Shown: positions 19,269 through 29,298, counted from the stretch's first letter. The stretch is DNA of 64,000 bases from an uncultured Prevotellaceae bacterium (GCA_963769405.1 CAVYLQ010000009.1:161905-225904); one strand, 5' to 3'. The notes: a model not told the origin generated them from the letters alone. Numbers and translations are program-made.

Positions 19269-20366
19269 ATGGCACAAGAAAATACAGCAAACACAGATAA
19301 AGATAATGCAAGGACAACTGCCCGGACAGAAAAGCAAGAAACTGCCCAGAATGCAAAGTTACAGGCTATGAAAGACGGCAAACTGAAGGCACTCCAGTCA
19401 GCTATGTCGAAGATAGAGAAGGACTTCGGCAAAGGTTCCATTATGCGTATGGGTGACGAAAGAATACAAGATGTGGATGTTATCCCTACAGGCAGTATCG
19501 GACTTGATGTTGCCCTTGGAGTAGGAGGATATCCGCGTGGTCGTGTTGTCGAAATCTACGGTCCGGAAAGTTCTGGTAAAACAACACTGGCAATTCATGC
19601 CATTGCTGAAGCACAGAAACGTGGTGGTATTGCTGCATTTATTGATGCCGAGCATGCCTTTGACCGTTTTTATGCCGCTAATCTCGGCGTCGATGTAGAC
19701 AACCTCTATATTTCCCAACCCGATAACGGAGAACAAGCCCTCCAGATCGCTGACCAACTGATCAGTTCTTCAGCTATTGACATTCTGGTAATAGATTCCG
19801 TTGCTGCTCTCACACCTAAAGCAGAAATTGAAGGTGAAATGGGTGACAACAAAGTGGGACTCCAGGCTCGTCTGATGAGTCAGGCTCTACGCAAACTTAC
19901 AGGCACAATCTCAAAGACGAATACTTGTTGTATTTTTATCAATCAATTACGTGAGAAGATTGGTGTGATGTTCGGAAATCCAGAAACCACTACAGGTGGC
20001 AACGCATTGAAATTCTATGCATCAGTTCGTCTGGATATCCGTCGTGTAAGCTCCATCAAAGATGGCGATCAAGTCATCGGCAACCAAGTCCGTGTCAAAG
20101 TTGTCAAGAACAAAGTCGCCCCGCCTTTCCGGAAAGCAGAATTTGAGATTACCTTCGGACATGGTATTTCTAAAGTAGGTGAAATCGTAGACTTAGGTGT
20201 AGAATATGGAATCGTCCAGAAGAGTGGCAGTTGGTTCAGTTATAACGGCGCCAAGTTGGCACAGGGCCGTGATGCAACGAAAAAGTTGCTTCAAGATAAT
20301 CCGGAACTTTGTGACGAACTTGAAGGTTTAATCAAGAAAGCCATTGCTGACAAGAAGGAAGAATAG
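19269..20366 (+). CDS. recA: Recombinase A
   Basis: [60 protein letters not shown]. Confidence 0.98.
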   Translation: MAQENTANTDKDNARTTARTEKQETAQNAKLQAMKDGKLKALQSAMSKIEKDFGKGSIMRMGDERIQDVDVIPTGSIGLDVALGVGGYPRGRVVEIYGPESSGKTTLAIHAIAEAQKRGGIAAFIDAEHAFDRFYAANLGVDVDNLYISQPDNGEQALQIADQLISSSAIDILVIDSVAALTPKAEIEGEMGDNKVGLQARLMSQALRKLTGTISKTNTCCIFINQLREKIGVMFGNPETTTGGNALKFYASVRLDIRRVSSIKDGDQVIGNQVRVKVVKNKVAPPFRKAEFEITFGHGISKVGEIVDLGVEYGIVQKSGSWFSYNGAKLAQGRDATKKLLQDNPELCDELEGLIKKAIADKKEE

Positions 20367-20442
20367 AATGGAAAAGCGAGGAATCCCTCGACGCTGCTCC
20401 AGATAAATAGAAGTTTGAAAAATTGACATCAACAATGTCATC

Positions 20443-20488
20443 AAAACCAAAGATCGGTAGTTCAAAAAAACTTCCGATTTTTGGTTTT
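20443..20488 (+). terminator. recA terminator
   Basis: AAAACCAAAGATCGG / CCGATTTTTGGTTTT followed by a T-rich run. Confidence 0.75.
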
Positions 20489-20603
20489 CTTTTTATATAA
20501 AATAAATTCTAAATCGCAGGAAATCAAAAAAATATCACTACTTCCTTATCCCAATTACGATGCAATCAATCTAAATCAAAAATCCCCGATTCATCAAAAT
20601 TTC

Positions 20604-20654
20604 TGCCAATTTGTCAAGTTATCATTCTGATAAACATCTTGGCACATGGTTTGT
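20604..20654 (+). promoter_or_regulatory. Candidate dnaK regulatory region: TGCCA-ATT-TGTCA repeat and sigma54-like -24/-12 box
   Basis: CTGCCAATTTGTCA (20604-20617) and TGGCAC-ATGGT-TTGT (20640-20654), against consensus TGGCAC-N5-TTGC. Confidence 0.4.
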
Positions 20655-20709
20655 TCTTTAGCTATCGGACTACAATGCCCGAATAAAAATAAAACAAGAT
20701 AATAACATT

Positions 20710-22662
20710 ATGGGAAAGATTATTGGAATTGACTTAGGAACAACTAACAGTTGCGTTGCCGTATTCGAAGGTAATGAGCCTGTAGTCATTGCTAACAGCG
20801 AAGGTAAACGTACAACACCTTCCGTAATAGGTTTTGTCAAAGACGGCGAACGTAAGATCGGCGACCCTGCCAAACGTCAGGCTATCACCAATCCGAAGAA
20901 CACCGTCTATTCGATTAAGCGTTTCATGGGCGAGAGTTTCGACCAGTGTTCAAAAGAGATTTCTCGTGTTCCTTATAACGTAGTAAATGAGAATGGCTAT
21001 CCCCGTGTAGAAATTGAGGGTCGCAAATATACTCCTCAGGAGATTTCTGCAATGGTTCTTCAGAAAATGAAGAAGACAGCAGAAGACTACCTCGGACAAG
21101 AAGTGACCGATGCGGTCATCACGGTTCCCGCCTATTTCTCAGATTCACAGCGTCAGGCTACCAAGGAAGCCGGAGAAATTTCCGGACTGAAAGTTCGTCG
21201 TATTGTCAACGAGCCTACTGCAGCTGCTTTGGCATACGGTGTAGATAAAGCCAATAAAGAAATGAAGATAGCAGTCTTCGACCTTGGCGGTGGTACATTC
21301 GATATCTCAATTCTGGAATTCGGAGGCGGTGTATTTGAAGTCCTCTCTACAAATGGAGACACCCATCTGGGAGGAGATGATTTCGACCAAGTCATTATTG
21401 ACTGGCTTGCAAAAGGTTTCCAGACTGATGAAGGAATTGATCTGAGTAAGGATCCGATGGCTATGCAACGCCTGAAGGAAGCCGCTGAAAAAGCTAAGAT
21501 AGAATTGAGTTCTTCAATGACTACCGAAATCAACCTGCCTTACATCACCGCAGTAGGTGGTGTTCCAAAACATCTGGTAAAGACTTTGTCTCGAGCACAG
21601 TTTGAACAACTTGCACATGAACTGATCCAGAAATGCCTGATTCCTTGCCAAAATGCTATCCGTGATGCAAAACTGCAGGTTTCTGACATCGACCAGGTGA
21701 TCCTTGTAGGAGGTTCCAGTCGTATTCCGGCTGTCCAGACATTGGTCAAGAATTTCTTCGGAAAAGATCCTTCCAAGGGTGTTAACCCTGATGAAGTAGT
21801 GGCAGTCGGTGCAGCTATCCAAGGTGCAATCTTGAATAAGGAACAAGGAGTCGGTGATATTGTCCTATTGGATGTAACTCCATTGACATTAGGTATTGAA
21901 ACAATGGGTGGTGTAATGACCAAACTGATTGATGCCAACTCAACAATTCCATGCAAGAAGAGCGAGGTATTCTCTACCGCAGCTGATAACCAGACAGAAG
22001 TAACCATCCACGTACTCCAGGGAGAACGCCCTATGGCTGCAGACAATAAATCTATCGGTCAGTTCAACCTCACGGGTATTCCACCAGCACGTCGTGGTGT
22101 TCCTCAGATTGAAGTCACCTTCGATATTGATGCGAATGGTATCCTGAATGTAAGTGCTAAGGATAAGGCTACTGGTAAGGAACAAAGTATTCGTATCGAG
22201 GCTTCAAGCGGACTAAGCAAGGATGCAATCGACAAGATGAAAGCTGAAGCTAAACAGAATGAAAATCAGGATAAGGCACAACGTGAGAAAGTAGATAAAC
22301 TCAACCAAGCTGACTCTCTGATCTTCACGACTGAAAACTTCCTGAAGGATAATGGTGATAAAGTTCCTGCTGACAAGAAGTCACAAGTAGAACAAGCTTT
22401 ACAACAGTTGAAAGATGCTCACAAGGCACAGGATGTAGCCGGCATCGACAAGGCTATGGCTAATCTGAATACTGTGATGCAGACAATGAGCCAGCAAATG
22501 TACCAGAATGCAGGCGGTGCTCAGCAACAAGCCGGTCCGGGTGCTGGAGCAGGTGCTCAAGACAACAACCAGGGATCACAGAACAATAACACTACAAATA
22601 ATAGTGGAGATAAGAGTTCTGATGAAAACATTCAGGATGCTGACTTTGAAGAAGTGAAATAA
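20710..22662 (+). CDS. dnaK: Chaperone DnaK (Hsp70)
   Basis: [48 protein letters not shown]; C-terminus DADFEEVK. Confidence 0.99.
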   Translation: MGKIIGIDLGTTNSCVAVFEGNEPVVIANSEGKRTTPSVIGFVKDGERKIGDPAKRQAITNPKNTVYSIKRFMGESFDQCSKEISRVPYNVVNENGYPRVEIEGRKYTPQEISAMVLQKMKKTAEDYLGQEVTDAVITVPAYFSDSQRQATKEAGEISGLKVRRIVNEPTAAALAYGVDKANKEMKIAVFDLGGGTFDISILEFGGGVFEVLSTNGDTHLGGDDFDQVIIDWLAKGFQTDEGIDLSKDPMAMQRLKEAAEKAKIELSSSMTTEINLPYITAVGGVPKHLVKTLSRAQFEQLAHELIQKCLIPCQNAIRDAKLQVSDIDQVILVGGSSRIPAVQTLVKNFFGKDPSKGVNPDEVVAVGAAIQGAILNKEQGVGDIVLLDVTPLTLGIETMGGVMTKLIDANSTIPCKKSEVFSTAADNQTEVTIHVLQGERPMAADNKSIGQFNLTGIPPARRGVPQIEVTFDIDANGILNVSAKDKATGKEQSIRIEASSGLSKDAIDKMKAEAKQNENQDKAQREKVDKLNQADSLIFTTENFLKDNGDKVPADKKSQVEQALQQLKDAHKAQDVAGIDKAMANLNTVMQTMSQQMYQNAGGAQQQAGPGAGAGAQDNNQGSQNNNTTNNSGDKSSDENIQDADFEEVK

Positions 22663-22681
22663 ACTTTGGCAAACAAATATC

Positions 22682-22716
22682 AAAAGGGGTGTAACTTAAA
22701 TCGTTACACCCCTTTT
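22682..22716 (+). terminator. dnaK terminator
   Basis: AAAAGGGGTGTAAC / GTTACACCCCTTTT. Confidence 0.85.
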
Positions 22717-22847
22717 TCAGTTATTTTGGCATTAACCTTAAAATCATACATAGAGTTACTCTGAATAATTGTTTCGTGTAAAGAGAAATGTCTCCATACC
22801 GAAAATCTTTTATTAGAAGTTTACCCTGTATATTCTTACAGGGATGC

Positions 22848-23462
22848 TTATTTCAATTGCTTCATAAATTCGCAAAAGCCAAGTTTCATAAACTGGAAAT
22901 AAGCCGAAATATTTTCGGGAGTATCAATCTTCAATAAACGCATCAACTCTACCGCAAATTCCAGAGAAGCCGTACCATTAGCTGTTACTATTCCTTTATC
23001 ACTTACCGCCTGTTGATTCTGGTACCCCGCTTCATTGGTATAATTGTTTCCTCCCCATCGCTTCAGTTCATCCAATCCATTACCTGTATGCTTAATATTA
23101 TTCAGGAAACCATTTTGTGCAAGGAAAGAAGCTCCATTGCAAATAGCTCCAACTATGATTCCTTTCGAAATAGCTTGTTTGATAATAGGTACAAGCTTCT
23201 TAGCTTCTTCCGATTCCCAACCGAATCCTCCGATAAGAATCAATGCAGCATAATCAGCAGGCATTGTATCAAAAGTATAGTCCGGTTTTGTATAAAAGCC
23301 TCCTACAGAACGCACTAAATCCATTGTCGGGGCCACCACCTTATTTATATATAAAGGCTTTTCTTTTAAGCCAAATCTACCACAATTAATACTTCCTGAA
23401 ATATAAGCCGGTTCATAATCGGCATATTCGTTAAGTAAAACAAATAAAACTTCCTTCTTCAT
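22848..23462 (-). CDS. DJ-1/PfpI (class I glutamine amidotransferase-like) protein
   Basis: EYADYE, ALILIGG, nucleophile elbow GAICNGASFLA, HTGN, IVTANG. Confidence 0.85.
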   Translation of the reverse strand: MKKEVLFVLLNEYADYEPAYISGSINCGRFGLKEKPLYINKVVAPTMDLVRSVGGFYTKPDYTFDTMPADYAALILIGGFGWESEEAKKLVPIIKQAISKGIIVGAICNGASFLAQNGFLNNIKHTGNGLDELKRWGGNNYTNEAGYQNQQAVSDKGIVTANGTASLEFAVELMRLLKIDTPENISAYFQFMKLGFCEFMKQLK

Positions 23463-23869
23463 GTTTAAATAATTTTTATGCTTTGCAAAGATATAAAATT
23501 AAATGCCCTACAGCAATACCAAAACAGAAAATTAATTTCCTATTTCAGAATAATACAATAAAGGAAGTCTGTTCTTTTATTACATTTTTCTTATTATCTC
23601 AAGAAATACCCATAACGATATTATCAATGATACCATTTTACTTGTCCTAAAATAACAACCGAGCATAAAATCATAGCAATTATTTTTGTTCATTACAATA
23701 AGCATGTTCATAATTTATGAACATCAATAACTTTTTGAACGAAATATTTGGAAGTTTCAATTTTGTCACTGACATGTGGTATAGCTGGCAAGGAGACGTA
23801 AGATATAGCCTTCAAAAACGTACCCACACATTTTAGCTCATTGATAATCATTACAATTCACCTTTTAGA

Positions 23870-23937
23870 AAGTGAAATAGACTTTGATAAACAAATAGAA
23901 AAAGAGGTGTAACTTCATAACAATTACACTCTCAGTT
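23870..23937 (+). repeat. Degenerate copy 1 of dnaK stop region plus terminator (att-like scar)
   Basis: AAGTGAAATAGACTTTGATAAACAAATAGAAAAAGAGGTGTAACTTCATAACAATTACACTCTCAGTT versus AAGTGAAATAAACTTTGGCAAACAAATATCAAAAGGGGTGTAACTTAAATCGTTACACCCCTTTTTCAGTT at about 22652-22722. Confidence 0.8.
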
Positions 23938-24200
23938 AATGATACTATCAATGGTACACGTACAAGAAATCAGCAAGGTATTCAATGATTAAAGACAGTT
24001 AGGATTCTATAATGCCTCCATTACATCTCACTAAGCTTCACTGAGTTACCACTGCTGCTTCAGAGAGATCTCAGCGTCCCCGATTTTATTGTAATTTAGC
24101 CGTTTTATTCAGCTACTATGGCTTTTTCACGATCCTTTACCAGTTCTATTGTAGTACTTTCGGATTGTCCTCCTCTATTTTCGGTTTTTCAATCTTTATA

Positions 24201-24563
24201 TCAGCAAGTGAGCATGGCATCAGGCATGATACCGAGAATTTTACAGATCTTACCGGCCAGAGACAAACTAGGTTCGCTTTTCCCCTTCACGAAATCATTC
24301 ACCCTGCTTGGACTGACTTTTAATTTTTGGGCCAGTTCTTTCTGTGTCATTTTCTTCTCTGAAAGTCCGCATGCTATCAATTCAGCCGGTGTAGGTTTAC
24401 CGATAGGGAAGTGGATCTTCTCATATTCCTCCACTACATCACTCATCAACGTCAGTTCCACGCACTTAGGATCATCCAGTGATGTGAAATCGCTCACATA
24501 GGGAAGAAGTTCTTCTATGCGCTGCTCTGCGAACTCATATTGCTGTTTGGTAATCTCTGCCAT
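24201..24563 (-). CDS. higA: HigA-type antitoxin (Xre HTH)
   Basis: LMSDVVEEYEKIHFPI then HTH MTQKELAQKLKVSPSRVNDFVKGKSEPSL; lies downstream of the toxin. Confidence 0.85.
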   Translation of the reverse strand: MAEITKQQYEFAEQRIEELLPYVSDFTSLDDPKCVELTLMSDVVEEYEKIHFPIGKPTPAELIACGLSEKKMTQKELAQKLKVSPSRVNDFVKGKSEPSLSLAGKICKILGIMPDAMLTC

Positions 24564-24582
24564 CGTTCTTATCCTCCTTAAT

Positions 24583-24882
24583 TTAAATCATAGAAGCATC
24601 AATCTCATCATATTCCTTATGGGTACCAACAAACCGGATATACAGCCTCGAAATGGCAAACTGTACTACAACCACTAACCGGTACTTGTTCCCATGAATA
24701 TTGAATACATAATGTTGGTTGCCCACCATATCCGTATCACCAAAGTCCTGCCGCATATCAGCGAGGCTATGCCATTCACGCTTACAGGCTATTTCGTACC
24801 AACGTTCAAGCGGCACCCTGGAATCTTCATATTTAGACTGTTCATAGAAAAGCCTTAGTTTCTTATGGGATATAATTCTCAT
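24583..24882 (-). CDS. higB: HigB-type toxin (RelE-fold mRNA interferase)
   Basis: MRIISHKKL, VFNIHGNKYRLVV, YIRFVGTHKEYD; toxin-first order. Confidence 0.88.
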   Translation of the reverse strand: MRIISHKKLRLFYEQSKYEDSRVPLERWYEIACKREWHSLADMRQDFGDTDMVGNQHYVFNIHGNKYRLVVVVQFAISRLYIRFVGTHKEYDEIDASMI

Positions 24883-25063
24883 TTCTGCTACAAATATAAA
24901 TATTTGATTTTGTATTTCAAAATTATAATACGCATAAATTCTTTATTTCAGAACAATTTAACAGTTAATACGGAGTCCTTTAACTCTCTATCACTCTATA
25001 TAGGATACCCATCCACGCCAGGAGCACAAAAATTCACACATTAGGCGAACATAAATAAGAAAG

Positions 25064-25200
25064 AGGCAATGCTCAATAATAAACCAAGTCCGGATGCGGG
25101 AGCTCAAGACAACAACTAGAGATTACAAAAAATACTACTAATGGTAACAAGGGTTCTGATGACAACATCCAGGATGCTGACTCAAAGAAGTGAAACAAAT
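25064..25200 (+). repeat. Degenerate copy 2 of dnaK 3' end (about 140 bp, att-like scar)
   Basis: GCTCAAGACAACAAC is identical at 22555-22569 and 25102-25116. TTCTGATGACAACATCCAGGATGCTGACTCAAAGAAGTGAAA (25154-25195) versus TTCTGATGAAAACATTCAGGATGCTGACTTTGAAGAAGTGAAA (22617-22659). Confidence 0.88.
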
Positions 25201-25292
25201 TATTAGAATAAAGCATAATAGCCTGTAATCAAGAGATTACTTATTCATATAAACTCATTGATTACAAGCTATTAATAATTAAACAATAGAAA

Positions 25293-26450
25293 TTATTTTA
25301 TATATATTTTCTTGCCATTGATAAAACTCTTCAACTTAGACCATCCTTTAGGCACAGAGAATCCACCTTTAGTTGTTGTAACAACTATGTAGAGATTGTC
25401 CTTGTCAGAACCATAAGATATCTTGTATTTTGGAGATTCTAAACGGTAATCCCATATATTCAGAACTGGCTGCAAATGTCCATCAACGACATTATGAGAA
25501 TAGGTTTCATTAATGCCATAAATATAACTATATCGCTGCTCGGGATGCTGATCAATGTATTTCTGAATAAGGCTGTCAACATGGTTGATGAGTACCTGAG
25601 CTACTTTCCAATTCTTACGAGGTACATAATACATAGTGCCAACAGTCTCGCCTTTATAGCTTGTTGTCGTATCATTCACAAAAACCCCTTCTCTACAATC
25701 ATATAGAGAAAGAGTATCTCCATATATAGGACCAGCATAGACTGGATTAGGATTAGTTTCAACATCGCTACATACCCATCTGAATTTGCGCGACTTCACG
25801 CCTTTCTTCTTCAACTCCGGCATAATCGTCTGAAAAAATGCCTGCCAATTGAAATCAATGGTTTTCCCATTATTCACTGTCTCTATTTTGTTATACTCTA
25901 AACTACCCAAACCATTACGATGTACATTGCATCCTTTCTTTTTCCCAGTATTGAAATAAAACGTAATGGTCTCAGTTGCATCAGGAAAATAATATCCTCT
26001 GAATGTGTAATTACTTTTCAGAACAGGTAAGATCTTATTCTTCAGACAAATCGAATAGCTGATGCTGTCAGTCCCTTTACTATGCTTCTCGAAATGATAG
26101 CTCTCTTCTGCTTTTTCCGACAAGGAGTCGAGTGTATAACGAATAATCCCGATTACCTTTTTAAGCACATTTCTTTGAATTTCGTTTACAGCCTCTACAT
26201 CCTTTTCTTTAGGAGCCTGTAATGATTGCTTATGGCCGCATATCTTCTCCGAACAGAACTCCATAAACCCCAGGTCCATTCTATAAGATGTTTGCACCTT
26301 CCCCCCTCCATAGTTTCCTTTGGTAATATATGGACACAGATGTGTTTCCTTTTGAATCTGTTTGAACATGCCATCGAGTGGCATCACATTTTGTGCCGAA
26401 GCACTGATTACCATAACGGCTGAAAATATAATAATAATGATTCGTTTCAT
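25293..26450 (-). CDS. Exported hypothetical protein
   Basis: Sec signal MKRIIIIIFSAVMVISASA-Q from ATG 26450 (ORF track starts at 26504). Third gene of an ECF operon; family not recognised. Confidence 0.75.
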   Translation of the reverse strand: MKRIIIIIFSAVMVISASAQNVMPLDGMFKQIQKETHLCPYITKGNYGGGKVQTSYRMDLGFMEFCSEKICGHKQSLQAPKEKDVEAVNEIQRNVLKKVIGIIRYTLDSLSEKAEESYHFEKHSKGTDSISYSICLKNKILPVLKSNYTFRGYYFPDATETITFYFNTGKKKGCNVHRNGLGSLEYNKIETVNNGKTIDFNWQAFFQTIMPELKKKGVKSRKFRWVCSDVETNPNPVYAGPIYGDTLSLYDCREGVFVNDTTTSYKGETVGTMYYVPRKNWKVAQVLINHVDSLIQKYIDQHPEQRYSYIYGINETYSHNVVDGHLQPVLNIWDYRLESPKYKISYGSDKDNLYIVVTTTKGGFSVPKGWSKLKSFINGKKIYIK

Positions 26451-26463
26451 AATGGATTGAATT

Positions 26464-27150
26464 TTATAAATCTGTATAATATTGATTACTACGGGCTGAT
26501 TCATTGATAATAGCTACACGGTGAATCAGTTGTTCGCCTCGAACTCTTATGCTTTGTGTCTGCTGCAGGAACTGAAGTTGAGACTGCTCTGTAGGAGTCA
26601 GTCTACGAGGCTGCTCTACTTGTGCGACTTCGTTTATATTTTCGGGATTCAAATCCTGAGCTTCTTGTGGTTCAACCTTTACAGAAAGAGTTCTTTTCTT
26701 AGGTAAGGCAACTGCTCTTGGTTTAGAAGAAAATACTGATTTTGTTGCAGCAAAAAGCTTTTTATGATCATTATGTGGCAGTAACTTTGTTTTCTTCTCA
26801 ACCTGATACGATGTCCTTTCTCTTTTCTCGGGTTGTACCTTTTCTATCTTTTGCACTATAGCATCATGCTTTTTGGGAGGAGCAAGCAACACCATGAGCA
26901 AGATGGCCGCACATGCAGCTGCAATCAATGGCCATAAGCTAATAAGATGGCGCTTTGTGTGTTCAATTTTCATTTTTTCAAAAATAGCTTCATCAACAGT
27001 CATCTTTCCCAACATCTCCGCTATGAGTTTCCATTCCTTAGGAGCACCATCACGAGATACCTCGAGTGCTAGTTGTTTTTCCTCTTCAAGCGATGTTTCG
27101 CCATCAAGATACTTCTGTATCAGTTGTTCTGTATCCTTCTGTGTCATCAT
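26464..27150 (-). CDS. Putative membrane anti-sigma factor
   Basis: QLIQKYLDGETSLEEEKQL N-terminal domain, single TM (LWPLIAAACAAILLMVLL); overlaps the stop of the ECF sigma. Confidence 0.72.
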   Translation of the reverse strand: MMTQKDTEQLIQKYLDGETSLEEEKQLALEVSRDGAPKEWKLIAEMLGKMTVDEAIFEKMKIEHTKRHLISLWPLIAAACAAILLMVLLAPPKKHDAIVQKIEKVQPEKRERTSYQVEKKTKLLPHNDHKKLFAATKSVFSSKPRAVALPKKRTLSVKVEPQEAQDLNPENINEVAQVEQPRRLTPTEQSQLQFLQQTQSIRVRGEQLIHRVAIINESARSNQYYTDL

Positions 27151-27662
27151 TTCATCTTTTCTTTTAATTCCTTAAATATTTTTTTTCTAGCTGCCGATAT
27201 CATGCTCTTCACCGACGACTTAGGAATATTAGTTTGTCGGACTATTTCATCAAGCGACATGCCTTCTATTTGGCGGAGCTCAAACAATTGTCTTTCACTA
27301 GGTTTCAGCCTGTCTACAGCTTCATGCATAGCAAGCCGGAGTTCCTTTACTTCCAGTATTTCTTCGGGCGAACTACTTCTATTGCTCCATGGTGGAGCAT
27401 AGTCGGAAACATCGCCCCTTAACAATGGAACTATTTTCTTGCGCTTCCGTACAATGTCCACACAACAATGCTTGGCCACACGAATGGCCAGCGCATGATG
27501 TTTCTGGCTAACATCCATTTGCGCAATATATTTGCAGAGATCTAGTAATCCCTCCTGCGCAACATCATTAGCATCATTTTCATTGCCAAAAAAATTGCGA
27601 CCAACGGAGAACATCACCTCTCTGAGTTCTGGCACTATATTTTCAAATTCTTCTTGTTTCAT
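27147..27662 (-). CDS. ECF RNA polymerase sigma factor
   Basis: DANDVAQEGLLDL (region 2) and AVDRLKPSERQLFELRQIEGMSLDEIV...SVKSMISAARKKI (region 4). Confidence 0.88.
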   Translation of the reverse strand: MKQEEFENIVPELREVMFSVGRNFFGNENDANDVAQEGLLDLCKYIAQMDVSQKHHALAIRVAKHCCVDIVRKRKKIVPLLRGDVSDYAPPWSNRSSSPEEILEVKELRLAMHEAVDRLKPSERQLFELRQIEGMSLDEIVRQTNIPKSSVKSMISAARKKIFKELKEKMK

Positions 27663-28155
27663 TTAACCCTAAAAGCGTTTTAAACAAAAAAAGTAAAGTT
27701 GCTCTCTTGAGTTAATAATATATTTTTTATAGTTTTCACAGTATTTAATAATTTAGAGATGTCATTATCGAACCAAGAAAGTATAGCTGTTCATAGCTAA
27801 GCGAATATTATACTTTGCAACCAAGGGAACTGAGATTAATCTGAAATCAACAGTTACAAGACCACTAAATCATTTATATAACGTTCCACACGAAATCCAT
27901 CCTGCCTCCATCTATATCGAATCTCAACGACATGGACTAAGCCGATTAGCAGTAGAAAAGATACCAAGAAAATACCAATTATTTTTACCTGTCTATCAAA
28001 TGAAGATCTCAAAAAGATAACACCCACTTCTTTCCTTAGAGGTGGGTTCATTATTTAATAAAGAATGAGAAGAATGAAATCAAACCTAAAGGTGTAAGTT
28101 ATTTTTCACCACTCGTTTCTTTTTCGTTATATCAGATGATAAAACATTTACTTTT

Positions 28156-28785
28156 CTAATTGCTCTTATTAATCAGGTTTACCACAACTTTTACCATCAC
28201 ATCTTTCTCCTCCATCCTGCTCTCAGCGATCATCAGCGTAAGGGCGACGAGGGCGTATGTATAATCTACTACTACATCAAAGAGAGCATTGCTTTCATCG
28301 GTAACAGGCACAGGTTGCTGATGGATAGTACGGCCAAGAACCTGCACGAGTTGGCGAAGTTCTCCAATCTGCTGCTTATGGATTTTATCATTCACAGCAT
28401 AGCCCTTAATGAGGTATTGCTTCAAGACATTGTTTGCCCATTGGCGAAATTGAGTGCCTCGCTTGCTATTAAAACGATAGCCGACAGAAATAATAACATC
28501 AAGATTGAACAACTTAGTTGTGATCTCTTGAGTAAATCCTTCTCTACGTCCATATTCTTCGGTATGTGCAAAATTTGCACATACCAAGGATTCATCTAAT
28601 TCACCTTCCTTGAAAATGTTTCTGATATGGCGGCCAATCACTGTTCTGTCTTTCTCAAACAACGTTGCCATCTGCTGTTGAGACAGCCACACAGTTTCCC
28701 CTTCCAACTTAACATCAAGTTGGGTCTTGCCATCTTCACTTTGATAAATAACAATTTTATTGTTCAGGTTAGCCGTTCTGATCAT
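28156..28785 (-). pseudogene. RhuM-family/Fic-DOC protein with apparent in-frame internal deletion of the Fic core
   Basis: RhuM-like N-terminus (IVIYQSEDG, ETVWLSQQQMATLF, NLDVIISVGYR, TQFRQWA) joined directly to the C-terminal helix VALTLMIAESRMEEKDVMVKVVVNLIN. No HxFxDGNKR motif. Confidence 0.7.
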
Positions 28786-29298
28786 AACGACCTTATATCA
28801 TATCAAGAAACAAATATACTAAAAATAATCGAGACAATAAATGTAAAGAAGAAAAATCAGTATTCCCTTTCTTCGAAGAAGATAAATCATACGATATAAA
28901 TCGACTTCTAAAATTTTCTACTGACCTATTGCCTATCTCTTCTGATCTTGATACTTACTACACAAAGAATTTTTGCAGCATGCTGCAATTTTGCTTTTCA
29001 GATTCAAGTCATTAGAACTTACCAAAAACATCATTTTGGCTATTTGTACAAAGATTTCTTCTCTCGTTTTTTAGATATTTACAACTATTCCGCTATCTTT
29101 GCAATAACTATTACCAACGACCAAACCCAAAATCTGAAATCAGGAATTGATCAGATATAATCTAGTTGCCAAAAAGTTATAAGATTCCAGCTATCTTCTG
29201 ATTTCTTGATTATCTTATCACTTGATTTTTCTTAAGAATCCAAAAAAGTTGCTCCTAAAAGTTAGGAATTTCCATTTTCATGTGTATAAGAAAGTAAA

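Noticed and set aside
20367-20709. CIRCE/HrcA operator before dnaK
   Set aside because: No TTAGCACTC-N9-GAGTGCTAA or near match.
22500-22625. Q/N/G-rich DnaK tail as a novel domain
   Set aside because: Variable low-complexity tails before the terminal DADFEEVK motif are normal for DnaK.
27854-28051. 65-aa minus-strand ORF with a hydrophobic stretch
   Set aside because: Its start lies inside a terminator-like hairpin (ACCCACTTCT / AGAGGTGGGT) and I recognise no family; cannot be supported, though a small protein is not excluded.
22663-29298. Intact integrase, transposase or IS in the accessory block
   Set aside because: No tyrosine/serine recombinase or DDE motifs in any ORF, and no terminal inverted repeats with target duplications.
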